Assembly: GCA_963663965.2 (NCBI GenBank)
Contig: CAXXFK010000036.1
Coordinates: 1 to 64,000 of the forward strand
Length of the DNA: 64,000 bases
Origin: Sedimentisphaerales bacterium
GTDB taxonomy: Bacteria > Planctomycetota > Phycisphaerae > Sedimentisphaerales > SM23-30
Direction: 5' to 3'
Position numbers and translations under genes: made by a program. The notes beneath the pieces were generated by a model, which worked only from the letters and a program-made list of their open reading frames with translations, was not told where the DNA came from and made no database searches. Below are positions 16,961-27,241 of this stretch, in pieces; position 1 is the first letter of the stretch, and the number at the start of each line of letters is the position of its first letter.

Positions 16961-17370
16961 TTTATAGTGGTCGACTGGTTGTGGTTGGGTTGCCTGGTGC
17001 AGGCGGGTGGTTTGGGGGCTATTGGAGCGTCCGTGGTATAGATGCGGGGGGGGGTGCTGGTCGTATAAGTTGTTGTTTTATCGCTGGTTAGCGATTCATT
17101 GGTTTGTTGCTGCCAATTGTTTTAAAGGCATGGGAGGTATGGGAATTATGGGAGTTATGGGATTGGAGCGGGGTGATGAGGGGGTTTTGTCGATACAGGA
17201 TTATTTTTAGTGTGGGGAGGCTGGATTGAAAGTGGAAATTGATTTAATGTTTTATTATATTGTTTTAAACAGGATTGTCAGGAGCGGCTATGAAGAATGG
17301 TGGAGGATGGGAGTTGTGAGAGGGGGATTGGCGCCATCAGGTGTTTGCTGGAAATTGACAGGAGTCATTT

Positions 17371-18420
17371 ATGAGTGAGCGACCCGGACAACAGACAAGT
17401 ATTATTTTATACCAGACGGAAGATGGCCGGACCCGGATTCAGTGCCGGTTTGAGGATGAGACGGTCTGGCTGACGCAGGCGTTGATGGCAGAGTTGTTTC
17501 AGGTGACCCCCCAGAATATAACCTTACATTTGAGAGCTATTTACAGTGAAGGAGAATTGGAGGAAACGGCAACTTGTAAGGAATACTTACAAGTTCGAAA
17601 TGAGGGGGGCCGTAAAATTACGCGTAAATTGAAACATTACAGCTTGCCGGTTATTCTGGCGGTGGGGTATCGGGTGCGCAGCCATCGGGGGACGCAGTTT
17701 CGGCAATGGGCGACTGAGCGGTTGACAGAGTATCTGGTAAAAGGGTTTGCGATGGACGATGAGCGGTTGAAGAATCCGCCGGGCCCTGGGCAGACGGATT
17801 ATTTTGATGAGTTGCTCGAACGTATCCGCGATATCCGGTCTTCCGAACGGCGTTTCTATCAGAAGGTATTGGATATTTATGCGACCAGTGTGGATTATAG
17901 CCCTGATACCGATTTGTCCCGGATGTTTTTTGCCACTGTCCAGAATAAGATGCACTGGGCCAGTCACGGTCACACGGCCGCGGAGGTGATCTATGAAAGG
18001 GCCGATTCCTCCCAACCGTTTATGGGGCTTCAGAATACGCGGCCGGGTGGGATCATCCGTAAAGAGGATGTCTCGGTAGCCAAGAACTATCTAACCGGAG
18101 ATGAGTTGCAAGCTTTGAACCGCATTGTCAGTCTTTACCTGGAATTTGCTGAACTACAAGCGCTGGAGCGGCGACCGATGACGATGGCAGACTGGGTCAG
18201 GAAACTGGATGATTTTCTTAAGATTTCCGACCGGGCGCTGCTTGATCATGCCGGTAAGATATCGGCGGAATTGGCGAAGACCAGGGCTGAGATGGAATAC
18301 GAGAAATATCAAGCCTATCTGGATACTCAACCACGCAAGGTGGATCAAGATTTTGAGGATGCGATTAAGAAGCTTCCGCAATCAAGAGCATCCCAGTCAG
18401 GTAAGGGGCATAAAACATGA
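17371..18420 (+). CDS. rhuM: RhuM-family (virulence RhuM) protein
   Basis: 'ETVWLTQ', 'VGYRVRSHRGTQFRQWA', 'KGFAMDDERLK', 'IRDIRSSERRFYQK'. Confidence 0.9.
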   Translation: MSERPGQQTSIILYQTEDGRTRIQCRFEDETVWLTQALMAELFQVTPQNITLHLRAIYSEGELEETATCKEYLQVRNEGGRKITRKLKHYSLPVILAVGYRVRSHRGTQFRQWATERLTEYLVKGFAMDDERLKNPPGPGQTDYFDELLERIRDIRSSERRFYQKVLDIYATSVDYSPDTDLSRMFFATVQNKMHWASHGHTAAEVIYERADSSQPFMGLQNTRPGGIIRKEDVSVAKNYLTGDELQALNRIVSLYLEFAELQALERRPMTMADWVRKLDDFLKISDRALLDHAGKISAELAKTRAEMEYEKYQAYLDTQPRKVDQDFEDAIKKLPQSRASQSGKGHKT

Positions 18421-18610
18421 ACGTAACAGGAACAATCGATCCGGTGTTATCGGCGGTGGGTACCGGCAAAGGCTTAATCATAGTTCCGGTTGACTGGAAT
18501 CAGAATGGACGGTTCCGTTTCAGTCAAGGTGATTATGTTTGTTAGTAGTAAATAATCATGTTGGAGTACTTTCTGGTTATTGGCAAACTCTGGATATAAG
18601 GAAATGAATC

Positions 18611-19834
18611 ATGACTGACAACTGGAAGTTTAAGGCCCTGGTGGGATTGTTGGTGTGTTGGTGTGGCTGTGAGATGGCGGCGGGTCAGGACTGGCCGCAG
18701 TGGCGGGGGGCAAACCGGGATGGCCGGATAGTGGGGGCGGTATGTCCGGAGCGGTGGCCGGAGGCGCTTTCGCAGAGGTGGAGCCTGGAGGTGGGGAAGG
18801 GTGATGGCACGCCGCTGCTGGTGGGGGGGCGGCTGTACTGCTTTACCCGGCAGGAGCCCAATGAGGTGGTGTGGTGTCTGAATCCGGCCGATGGCGAGAT
18901 ACTCTGGCAGGCGGGCTATCCGGCGAACCTGACGCCCTCCGGGCCGTCGGCGAAGCATTCGGGGCCGTGGAGTACGCCGGTGATTGCTGACGGCAAGCTG
19001 TATACGCTGGGACTGGGGGGGATTTTGTCCTGCTTTAACGCGGTGACGGGAGCGGAGATCTGGCGGAAGCAGTCGAATGAGGATTACCAGGGGATCGAGT
19101 TTAATGGTGAAACGGCGATGTCGCCCCTGGTGGAGGATGGGCTGTGCGTGGTGCAAATTGGCCGCAAGACCTGCGCGATTTTCGCATTCGAGAAGGAGAG
19201 CGGTGCGATCAAATGGCGTTGGGACAGCGATGGGTCTTCGTTCTCATCGCCGGTGATTATGATGGCAGGGGGTGTGAAACAACTGGTTACCTTTACCGCC
19301 AAAAAGCTAGTCGGTCTGGCGCTGGCGGATGGCCGGCTGCTCTGGCAGATGGATTATGAGGCTTATCAGGGCAATAATACTACGCCGGTAGTGGATGGCT
19401 CGACCCTGATTCTTACGGGCCAGAGCAAGGGATTATCGGCAGTGCGGATCGATCGGCAGGGTGAACTTTTTACGGTGACACCGTTGTGGACCAACAAGCC
19501 GCTGTCCGCGCGATTTACTACCCCGGTTTTGAAGGATGGTTTGCTGTATGGCTTCAATGGCGCGATTTTTTGCGCGAACGTACAGGATGGCAACCTGGTC
19601 TGGCAGGATCCGGCGCGACGGGGGCCGAGCGCGTCGGTACTGGATGGCGGTGAGGCGTTGTGGGTGTTGACCTATAAGGGGGAACTGGTTGCGTTTAAGC
19701 CGGCCGGTACGGAATTTCATGCGTTGGGGGTTTATAAGGTGGCCGAGCCGGAGGTGTGGACTCATCCGATTATTGCCGGGAAGCGGATTTATATTAAGGA
19801 TGACCTTACTTTGAGTTTGTGGAGTATGGACTGA
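18611..19834 (+). CDS. PQQ-binding-like beta-propeller protein
   Basis: Signal peptide, 'DWPQWRGANRDG', 'STPVIADG', 'WTHPIIAG'. Confidence 0.85.
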   Translation: MTDNWKFKALVGLLVCWCGCEMAAGQDWPQWRGANRDGRIVGAVCPERWPEALSQRWSLEVGKGDGTPLLVGGRLYCFTRQEPNEVVWCLNPADGEILWQAGYPANLTPSGPSAKHSGPWSTPVIADGKLYTLGLGGILSCFNAVTGAEIWRKQSNEDYQGIEFNGETAMSPLVEDGLCVVQIGRKTCAIFAFEKESGAIKWRWDSDGSSFSSPVIMMAGGVKQLVTFTAKKLVGLALADGRLLWQMDYEAYQGNNTTPVVDGSTLILTGQSKGLSAVRIDRQGELFTVTPLWTNKPLSARFTTPVLKDGLLYGFNGAIFCANVQDGNLVWQDPARRGPSASVLDGGEALWVLTYKGELVAFKPAGTEFHALGVYKVAEPEVWTHPIIAGKRIYIKDDLTLSLWSMD

Positions 19835-19863
19835 CGTTAGAGACTCAATCGGGAGCAATCGAT

Positions 19864-21741
19864 ATGAGATATGGCTGGATGATATTCATTGGGATAATCT
19901 GTCTGTTTTTGGCTGTGCCCTTATCCGCCGAGGAGAAAGATAGTTGGCGGGGGGTGCATGTGCCGGCGACGAGTGGGGGGCAGGTTGAAGGTCTTACCAG
20001 AGGGATTAAGGACCTGGCGGAGGCGGGGATCAATACGATTGTGGTAGAGATTAATTATGGGTATGAGTATGCCTCTCATCCTGAGTTGAGGGGTGGGGGG
20101 GGGAGTACGGCCCGGCAGATCAAGCGGCTGGTAGCTGAGTGCCGAAAGTATCAGGTGCGCCTGATTCCGCAGTTTCAATGTCTCGGGCATCAATCGTGGG
20201 ATAAGACGACCTATTCGCTACTGACGAGGTATCCGCAGTTCGATGAAACGCCGGGGAAATATCCGGGTAATAAAGGGATTTACTGCCGCAGCTGGTGTCC
20301 CCGGCATCCGGAGGTGAATCCGATTATCTTCGCGCTGATGGATGAGTTGATCGATGTGTTCGAGGCGGACGCGCTGCATGTGGGGATGGATGAGGTGTTT
20401 CTAATTGGGGATGAGGATTGTGCCCGCTGCCGGGGAGCCAGTAAAGCGGAACTGTTTACCGAAGCGGTTAAAGGCTATCATGATCATCTGGTGGGGAAAC
20501 GGAAAATTGAGATGCTGATGTGGGGGGATCGTTTGATTGACGCGGGTAAGATCCGCTACGGCCGGTGGGAGGCCAGCGCTAACGGGACGGCCGGGGCGGT
20601 TGATCTGATTCCGAAAGATATTGTGATCTGTGACTGGCATTACGAGACCCGGAATGCTTATGAGTCCATACCGATGTTTCTGGAGAAGGGGTTTCGGGTG
20701 TGGCCGGGGAGTTGGAAGAATGTGGAGGCGGCCCGGGCGCTGGTTGATTATTCGCGCCGATTTGCAAATCCGGGAGTGATCGGGCATTTGAATACGATAT
20801 GGGGGGCGGTACCGATGGATCAACTGGCCGGATTTGCGCCGTTGAAATATGCTGTCGGGGCGTTTCGGCCGCTTCGGCTTGGGGTCTGTGCGGATGTTCA
20901 TAAGGATATTATGCCGGATGCGGATAAGCGGCTGGGGGTGTTTATTGACCGGATGAATCGGGAAAAGATGGATTTTATTATCCAACTGGGCGATTTCTGC
21001 CGGCCTTATGAAAAGAACCAGGGGTTTCTGGATATCTGGAATGGTTTTGAAGGGGACCGGTATCATGTACTGGGGAATCATGATACCGATGGCGGGTTTA
21101 CGCGGGAGCAGACACTGGCGTTCTGGGGGGCGGCGGCGAAGTATTACTCGTTTGACAAGGGAGGGTATCATTTTATTGTGCTGGATGGCAATGATAAGAA
21201 AGAGGGGGCGGCCAGCGGCTATCCGCGTTATATTGGCGCGGAGCAGCGCGAGTGGGTGAAGAAAGACCTGGCGGGGAGCCGACTGCCGGTGATGGTCTTT
21301 TCGCATCAGAGTATCGAGAACGCCGGGGGATTGAAGAATGGGGCGGAAATCAGGGAGATATTTGAATCAGTTAACCAAGAAGCGGGATTCCGGAAGGTGA
21401 TTGCGTGTTTCAGTGGGCATCATCACGCTGATTATGTCAAGGTGATTAACGATATTTACTATGTTCAAATCAACAGCATGTCTTATCAGTGGCTGGGATC
21501 TGAATACAAGCATGCCCGGTTCGGTAGGGAGATTGAAGAGGCGTATCCCTGGGTGAGCGCGACGGCGCCGTATCAAGACGCTTTGTATGCCATTGTTACG
21601 GTTAATCCGGACCGGAGTATACGCATTGACGGTGTTAAGAGCGATTGGATTGCGCCGGGACCGGCGGAACTGGGTGTGCCAGTGGGGTTGGAGAGCGCCT
21701 CAGTGCCGTGGATATCCGATCGAGTGTTTGAGGCGCGGTGA
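19864..21741 (+). CDS. Secreted GH20-like glycoside hydrolase fused to a calcineurin-like metallophosphoesterase
   Basis: GH20-type 'LIPQFQCLGH', 'HVGMDEV', 'MWGD'; phosphoesterase motifs DVH, LGD, GNHD, SH, GHHH. Confidence 0.82.
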   Translation: MRYGWMIFIGIICLFLAVPLSAEEKDSWRGVHVPATSGGQVEGLTRGIKDLAEAGINTIVVEINYGYEYASHPELRGGGGSTARQIKRLVAECRKYQVRLIPQFQCLGHQSWDKTTYSLLTRYPQFDETPGKYPGNKGIYCRSWCPRHPEVNPIIFALMDELIDVFEADALHVGMDEVFLIGDEDCARCRGASKAELFTEAVKGYHDHLVGKRKIEMLMWGDRLIDAGKIRYGRWEASANGTAGAVDLIPKDIVICDWHYETRNAYESIPMFLEKGFRVWPGSWKNVEAARALVDYSRRFANPGVIGHLNTIWGAVPMDQLAGFAPLKYAVGAFRPLRLGVCADVHKDIMPDADKRLGVFIDRMNREKMDFIIQLGDFCRPYEKNQGFLDIWNGFEGDRYHVLGNHDTDGGFTREQTLAFWGAAAKYYSFDKGGYHFIVLDGNDKKEGAASGYPRYIGAEQREWVKKDLAGSRLPVMVFSHQSIENAGGLKNGAEIREIFESVNQEAGFRKVIACFSGHHHADYVKVINDIYYVQINSMSYQWLGSEYKHARFGREIEEAYPWVSATAPYQDALYAIVTVNPDRSIRIDGVKSDWIAPGPAELGVPVGLESASVPWISDRVFEAR

Positions 21742-21907
21742 GGGTTAGGCGTGAACGAATTGACTTAAGCTTATAATTGATCTATCAGCATCTGTAATGC
21801 AAACTTTTTTTGTACGGTCATCATAAAAAGCTAATTTACCCGTTTAAATACTGATGGATAAATTTCACTAGTATCATCGGGAGATAAGATAAGCAAGGAA
21901 TAGGGGA

Positions 21908-22828
21908 CTAAAGAGATAGCTGATTCATGTCAAAGTGCTCCATATGCCAATTTGCCGCTTTTTGATTTTCTGAAGAATTTGTACCAATCGCTTTTAATAG
22001 TTGATGACTGATTTTTTTTAGAGTGGATCGCAAAGTCATTGGAAGGTCATAGCGTAAATTATGCAAAACCTCTCCCTGCTGATCTGCTAATATAATAAAA
22101 CATGTTTTAGCTGAGGACAAACGAGTCAGAAGCGCAGGAGGGGAACTGTGAGGAGCAGGTGATTCGATTTGCGGAGAAAGAATCAGGCATTCCTGACGAT
22201 GGGTCTGGCCATTTCTTTCCAGAAGAATATAATGGGCACCGATTGGACCAAATGGAGTGCGATTACACACGGCTTCCCAGCGATAGCGGGTTGGAGAATC
22301 AGGCCAGTCATGTTTTGTGACAGTAAACAATATAATGAGCGCAGTTTGAAGGCTATGACGAACTGATTGTAAAACCTCTCCCTGGTTAGCATTTTCTGCC
22401 AAGACTGGATGTATAAGATTTGACTGGGATGACCAAGGGGGTAAGAAGAGAAGGTGATTCCATTCCCCGGCATACTGAAGCATATTGAACGCTTCAATAT
22501 GTTTGGGATTGATTTGCAGTGCATGATTCAGGTCATGATTAGCTTGATCCGAGTTATTTAATAATATATGTGCAGAAGCCCTAACTACCAACAAGTCAGG
22601 ATCATCAGGCGACTCATTAAGAGCAATATCCAGCATGCTAATAAGATCGTGCAAAGAATCGGTATCCGTACAAATGGAAGGTTTACTGTCGACCACCTTA
22701 ACAGTCATTCGCCGTTCCGAGATGACTGTAGCCATCTCAATCCACTTTTTGGACGGGTGATTTGGATCTGCAAGTCCTAATGATAGGGTTGGTTGGGATT
22801 TATTGAATAATTTTTGGAAAAAGTTCAT
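21908..22828 (-). CDS. TPR-containing hypothetical protein
   Basis: TPR-like 'DLNHALQINPKHIEA'; low GC. Confidence 0.6.
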   Translation of the reverse strand: MNFFQKLFNKSQPTLSLGLADPNHPSKKWIEMATVISERRMTVKVVDSKPSICTDTDSLHDLISMLDIALNESPDDPDLLVVRASAHILLNNSDQANHDLNHALQINPKHIEAFNMLQYAGEWNHLLFLPPWSSQSNLIHPVLAENANQGEVLQSVRHSLQTALIILFTVTKHDWPDSPTRYRWEAVCNRTPFGPIGAHYILLERNGQTHRQECLILSPQIESPAPHSSPPALLTRLSSAKTCFIILADQQGEVLHNLRYDLPMTLRSTLKKISHQLLKAIGTNSSENQKAANWHMEHFDMNQLSL

Positions 22829-23480
22829 TTTTGTAGTTTATGATTTTTTTAAGCCAGTTAACAATAGGATCAAGAATCCACTTTCGAGAAAACGAACAGA
22901 GCCTTTGCCGTTTTTCCAGCCATTTTGCTATTGGAGGCGAAAAGGTATAATATATATTAATTAGAAAATTGCCCCATCTGGAATTGGATAGCCGTTCATC
23001 CCGGTAAGTTCTCAAGATCCTAACTTCTTCACAATCGGCATTTTTATAGCACGCAGTAGCAATAAAACATCCGCTCTTATCTGATTTTTCTTTCATTGAA
23101 GCTTTTGCTGTTGCCAGCGCTTGCGGAATTCCTTCTAAATTCGGATTCAGTTCAAGAGCTTTTTCGAGCCAGGGTATGGCTTGTTCCGGTTTACCTTGTT
23201 TCAATAAAATTGCTCCCATGTTCCCATGCGCGGTAGGATTCAGGGGGGCAAGCTTAAGGGCGATCTGCAGTTCTGCAATGGCTTCGTTATATTGACCTGC
23301 TAAATATAAAGGCATAGAATTGTCCACGTGTTCTTTGGCCTTGTACTGGTCTTGCATCGAATCAAGCATAGAAAGCGCATCTTCGGCGCTATATGATCCA
23401 ATCAAAGTACCGCTCCCACACTTTGGGCAGACATAGGCTCTATCATCAACCTCGGCATTACATTCCACGCACTTTTTCAT
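22800..23480 (-). CDS. Zinc-ribbon + TPR + CFI-box-CTERM domain protein
   Basis: N-terminal CxxC..CxxC, TPRs, and 'GCFIATACY...EVRILRTYRD..L...YY.FSPPIA'. Confidence 0.85.
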   Translation of the reverse strand: MKKCVECNAEVDDRAYVCPKCGSGTLIGSYSAEDALSMLDSMQDQYKAKEHVDNSMPLYLAGQYNEAIAELQIALKLAPLNPTAHGNMGAILLKQGKPEQAIPWLEKALELNPNLEGIPQALATAKASMKEKSDKSGCFIATACYKNADCEEVRILRTYRDERLSNSRWGNFLINIYYTFSPPIAKWLEKRQRLCSFSRKWILDPIVNWLKKIINYKNELFPKIIQ

Positions 23481-23778
23481 CAGACAACTCCTAATTAGAA
23501 TGACGAATAATACCTGAGTACCACTTATAGTGGATTTGCCATAACCACAATATTAAGACTATACAACAATAATTCAAGATTTGTCAATTAGGAAAAACAG
23601 GGATAGTTTAAAAAAAAGATTACATAATAAGAGCTTATTATAATAAATTATAATTTGATATTGACCCTACATAACTATCTATTGAATAGTAGCTTAGGAT
23701 GACGGGGGGATGTGTCTGATGAACTGGACTACAAAAACCGACTGCAATCAATATAGTTGTTTAAAGTATAGAAAGGTC

Positions 23779-23807
23779 TTGCAGTAGTATTTTTATTACT
23801 CTATATT
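23779..23807 (+). promoter_or_regulatory. Putative sigma70 promoter for the methyltransferase leader
   Basis: TTGCAG-N17-TATATT. Confidence 0.45.
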
Positions 23808-24022
23808 GCATATACAGTAAACTGGATGTGGCCAGTTCTGATAATTTTATACTCTTTATTGAGGTGTTTTTTGAAACTTACCAAGAAGACCGAAGTGTGA
23901 CAGCGCACACATGGGTGTGCGCGCCAAATTGCATTGTTAATTGGAGGTAAACTCTATGATTAAATAAACAAATATCACACTGCGACCGGTGGTTGCAGTC
24001 AGACATAAAGGAAATAAATATC

Positions 24023-24802
24023 ATGAAACAATGGTATGAAGCATTGTTTGAAAATTACGCTGACGGCTATGAGAACGAGCATTTTACCCAGGGTACCCCG
24101 GGTGAATGCGATTTTATCGAGCGTGAGATTGGATCGGATAAATCTATCCGAATCCTGGATATTGGCTGCGGGACGGGCCGGCATTCGATTGAACTGGCTC
24201 GGCGCGGCTATGAAGTGGTGGGCGTGGATCTTTCGGAATGCATGCTGGCCAAAGCGCGGCGGAAGGCTGAGCAGGCTGGTGTGTCTGTCCGGTTTATTCA
24301 TGCTGATGCCCGTGAATTGACGTTCGATAAAGAATTCGGCCTGGCGATTATGCTATGTGAAGGCGGTTTCAGCCTGATGGAAACCGATGAGATGAACTAT
24401 GCGATTCTGCAGAGCGCGGCCCGGGCGCTGGTTCCGGGCGGCAAGTTTATCTTTACCTGTCTGAATGGCTTGTTTCCGCTGTTCCATTCGGTGAAGGAAT
24501 TCATGGATAAGGCCGCCGCTGAAGCGGAGCAGGGTAAACCTAATACCAGCTATGACGGGCAGCGGTTTGACTTGATGACTTTTCGTGAATCCGGCGAGAT
24601 CAAGATGACCGACGATAGCGGACAGGAAAAGGAGTTGCTGTGTAATGAGCGGTACTATGTGCCCAGTGAAATTACCTGGCAGCTCAAGAGCCTGGGTCTG
24701 CGAGACGTCGAGATTTTTGGCTCGAAGCTGGGGGCCTACAGCAGGCAGGATCAACTCCAGACCAGCGATTATGAAATGCTGGTGGTGAGTCGAAAAGCTT
24801 AG
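24023..24802 (+). CDS. Class I SAM-dependent methyltransferase
   Basis: 'ILDIGCGTGRH', 'GVDLS', 'ALVPGGKF'; ATG at 24023 follows AAGGAA. Confidence 0.92.
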   Translation: MKQWYEALFENYADGYENEHFTQGTPGECDFIEREIGSDKSIRILDIGCGTGRHSIELARRGYEVVGVDLSECMLAKARRKAEQAGVSVRFIHADARELTFDKEFGLAIMLCEGGFSLMETDEMNYAILQSAARALVPGGKFIFTCLNGLFPLFHSVKEFMDKAAAEAEQGKPNTSYDGQRFDLMTFRESGEIKMTDDSGQEKELLCNERYYVPSEITWQLKSLGLRDVEIFGSKLGAYSRQDQLQTSDYEMLVVSRKA

Positions 24803-24833
24803 ACTATCGCCAGATAGCGATGTTTATTAGTTA

Positions 24834-24872
24834 AAAAGATCGGATTGGATCTGCCAGTCCGGTCTTTTTTTA
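24834..24872. terminator. Intrinsic terminator between convergent genes
   Basis: AAAAGATCGGATTGG-atctg-CCAGTCCGGTCTTTT followed by a T-run. Confidence 0.75.
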
Positions 24873-24880
24873 TGGCGCGC

Positions 24881-27028
24881 TTATTGGCGGGAAAGTATAA
24901 CCTGGTGGATGTAGCCGGTTCTGTTTTCGCCGAGGAACAGTCTGAAGTCGGCGCCGTTGTTCTGGCGGTCGGCAAAGAAGGCATCATTAAGCTTGAAGGT
25001 ATGGGTGCGCCATTGATTGGTACCGTTGAAGGGGGCGTTACCGGCTGAGCGGTAGATGTTGGAGGCGCCTTCACCGGCGGCGTCGTATTGCAGTTGGAGG
25101 CAGCCATCGGGGGTATCGAGATAGGTGACCTGGAGTTGATATTGCCGGGGAGGTTCGGCGAAGGCTATAAGATTATCTATCGCAAAGTAGAGGTAGCGGT
25201 CAGGGATTTTCCCGGTAGGGTCGGCATTTTTTCGACAGGCTTTTCCGGCTTGATGAGTCAGTTCAGTGCGGCCATCCTGATTTTGAATATGGGTCAGGCC
25301 GTCGGGGGTATCGATGTTATCCAGATTCAGAGTGAGGTTTTCCCGGCCAATGATGGGAACGGTGGCGGTTGCCTGATGGTTGGCGGTGGTATTGACGATC
25401 AGGCGGATCCAGTTATGGGTTGCCGACGGGGTATTGAATGGAATGGCGTTGAGAGTGACAGTCAGGGTGTTGTTCTGATTGGCAGGTTCGTCCATGGTGG
25501 TTTCGTTCAGGGTGATAAATGATTTCAGATTGTCGGTGGAGTATTCCGCTTTCACTGATTTTTTGTCCAGTTTTTCTGCCGGATTCGATACCTGTAACGC
25601 TATCGTTGGTGAATCTGACTGGGGATTATCGATCCGAAGTATGTTGATTTCGGTACGAGGCCGGCCGACGTAGAGGATGATATCCTGTTTCGTTGGCGGG
25701 ATGGGGCATGCGTTCTGGCCGGGCTGGGCCTGATGATGCTGGAAGAAGGCACCGGTGGTGGGATTGTACCAGTAAGCATGGGGGGTGGCGGGTTTGAGAT
25801 CAAGGAGCAGAGCGCCACCGGGACAATTGCCTTGCAGATAGATGATGTATTCGCCGCGTCCGGCCAGGCAGGAGGCTTGGGTATGGGGCGGTTTCTGGAG
25901 GATGATTTCATTGGCCGGGTGCAGGTGGGGAAGGGGGAGTTGCCAGTCGTGAATGAATCCGGCGGCGTTGTAGTAATAAAGGCCCTTGCGGAGATTGTAG
26001 GCGGCGGGTGATTCGGGTGAATAGTAAAACTCATCGGGATTGGTGACATAGAAGTCGCTGGAATAGTTGAGCCAGCCGGATAGGGCGGCGGTGAAGGCTT
26101 GCCAGAGGCAGCGCCGGGCGCCATCGGAACCAATATTGGTGATCGGACCGCCATCGGAACTGGAGGCGATGAATTTGTTTTTTTGCATGAGTTGGGGAGC
26201 AAAGGGAGTAGTGACCCGGGATTCTTTCTGGACATGAGCGGTCGCGCCGGCAAAGACAGGGTCGCTGAGGCCGATGTCGCCGTTGTAGGTGATCAGGTTA
26301 TCGCAGCGCTGTCGGATGAAATTGACCCAATAGTGAATCCAGTCGATGCCGGGGTCGGGTAATTCATTGCCGATTTCGTAGATAACATTGGGGAAAGGGG
26401 AGGTCTCGGCGATCAGGCGTTCGATCTGTTTTTCCTGATAATATTTCAGGGCCTTTTGCTGGGGGGTGGCATTGGGACTGGTGAGGGCCTGGTAATCGTA
26501 GAATTCGCCTGGTTCGCAGCCGTTGCCATCGCCATCGTGATCGAGGTCGCCCAGGTCGGTGTTGATATTGAATTTGGGATTAAAGGGGTGCTGGGGCCAT
26601 CGGAGGCAGCCTTCAAACAGGCTGACATGGGCAATGATGCCGTGATTTCGCATGAAGGTTAGGTGTTGAGGGATTCTGAGCCAGTTGGCTTCATTCCATT
26701 GGCCGAGATCCAGTTTTTGGGAGTCGACTTTGAGGAACATCAGCCACTGGTGGTCGCCGGGGGTGTCTGCCATTCTGGCGCTGAACGGGAAATAGCGCAT
26801 ATAATTGATTCTATTTTGGGCGTTGGCAGCGAGCAGGGTATCATAGCCGATGGAGTTGCCGAGATCGAGATTGTGGGCATGGTAACCGATCAGAAACATG
26901 GGGTGATTATCAGGGGAAAGAAGGAGATAACGATTATTATCCTGGCATAATTTGACAGGTGTATTCGTGACTGCCAGGCCAAGGGAGCCACACGTTAGCA
27001 GTATTATGAGTATTCTGGTCATCTTCAT
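24881..27028 (-). CDS. Secreted putative glycoside hydrolase (TIM-barrel, DUF4038-like) with collagen-binding-like and C-terminal beta-sandwich domains
   Basis: Signal peptide from ATG 27028; 'NVIYEIGNE', 'WYNPTTG', 'LQLQYDA...WRTHTF.L.DA.F..RQNNGADFR'. Confidence 0.65.
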   Translation of the reverse strand: MKMTRILIILLTCGSLGLAVTNTPVKLCQDNNRYLLLSPDNHPMFLIGYHAHNLDLGNSIGYDTLLAANAQNRINYMRYFPFSARMADTPGDHQWLMFLKVDSQKLDLGQWNEANWLRIPQHLTFMRNHGIIAHVSLFEGCLRWPQHPFNPKFNINTDLGDLDHDGDGNGCEPGEFYDYQALTSPNATPQQKALKYYQEKQIERLIAETSPFPNVIYEIGNELPDPGIDWIHYWVNFIRQRCDNLITYNGDIGLSDPVFAGATAHVQKESRVTTPFAPQLMQKNKFIASSSDGGPITNIGSDGARRCLWQAFTAALSGWLNYSSDFYVTNPDEFYYSPESPAAYNLRKGLYYYNAAGFIHDWQLPLPHLHPANEIILQKPPHTQASCLAGRGEYIIYLQGNCPGGALLLDLKPATPHAYWYNPTTGAFFQHHQAQPGQNACPIPPTKQDIILYVGRPRTEINILRIDNPQSDSPTIALQVSNPAEKLDKKSVKAEYSTDNLKSFITLNETTMDEPANQNNTLTVTLNAIPFNTPSATHNWIRLIVNTTANHQATATVPIIGRENLTLNLDNIDTPDGLTHIQNQDGRTELTHQAGKACRKNADPTGKIPDRYLYFAIDNLIAFAEPPRQYQLQVTYLDTPDGCLQLQYDAAGEGASNIYRSAGNAPFNGTNQWRTHTFKLNDAFFADRQNNGADFRLFLGENRTGYIHQVILSRQ

Positions 27029-27167
27029 TTTCCCTAATTTTAAGAGGGGATTCCAATCGTTTAAAAAAGCCAGTCGAATCAACCAGGAATTTTTAGCCAT
27101 GTTAACTATTCGGACTGGTTTTGTGAAGTCAAATATCGAAGAGGATCGATGGTCAGATATTGTAGAC

Positions 27168-27200
27168 AAAAAAGAAGCCTGAGATTGCTCTCAGGCTTCT
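27168..27200 (-). terminator. Intrinsic terminator
   Basis: AGAAGCCTGAGA-ttgc-TCTCAGGCTTCT preceded by an A-run (U-tract on the minus strand). Confidence 0.8.
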
Positions 27201-27241
27201 GTGATTACACGGGTCCATAGCCGCTCAGAGGCGGTTATGAT

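Noticed and set aside
18490..18528. Inverted repeat TTGACTG...CAGTCAA after rhuM
   Set aside because: Single imperfect hairpin without a U-tract or attC boxes; cannot be assigned.
23860..24000. SAM-I riboswitch upstream of the methyltransferase
   Set aside because: Lacks the AUC..GAG / GCAACC / GUGC core; reported as a uORF leader instead.
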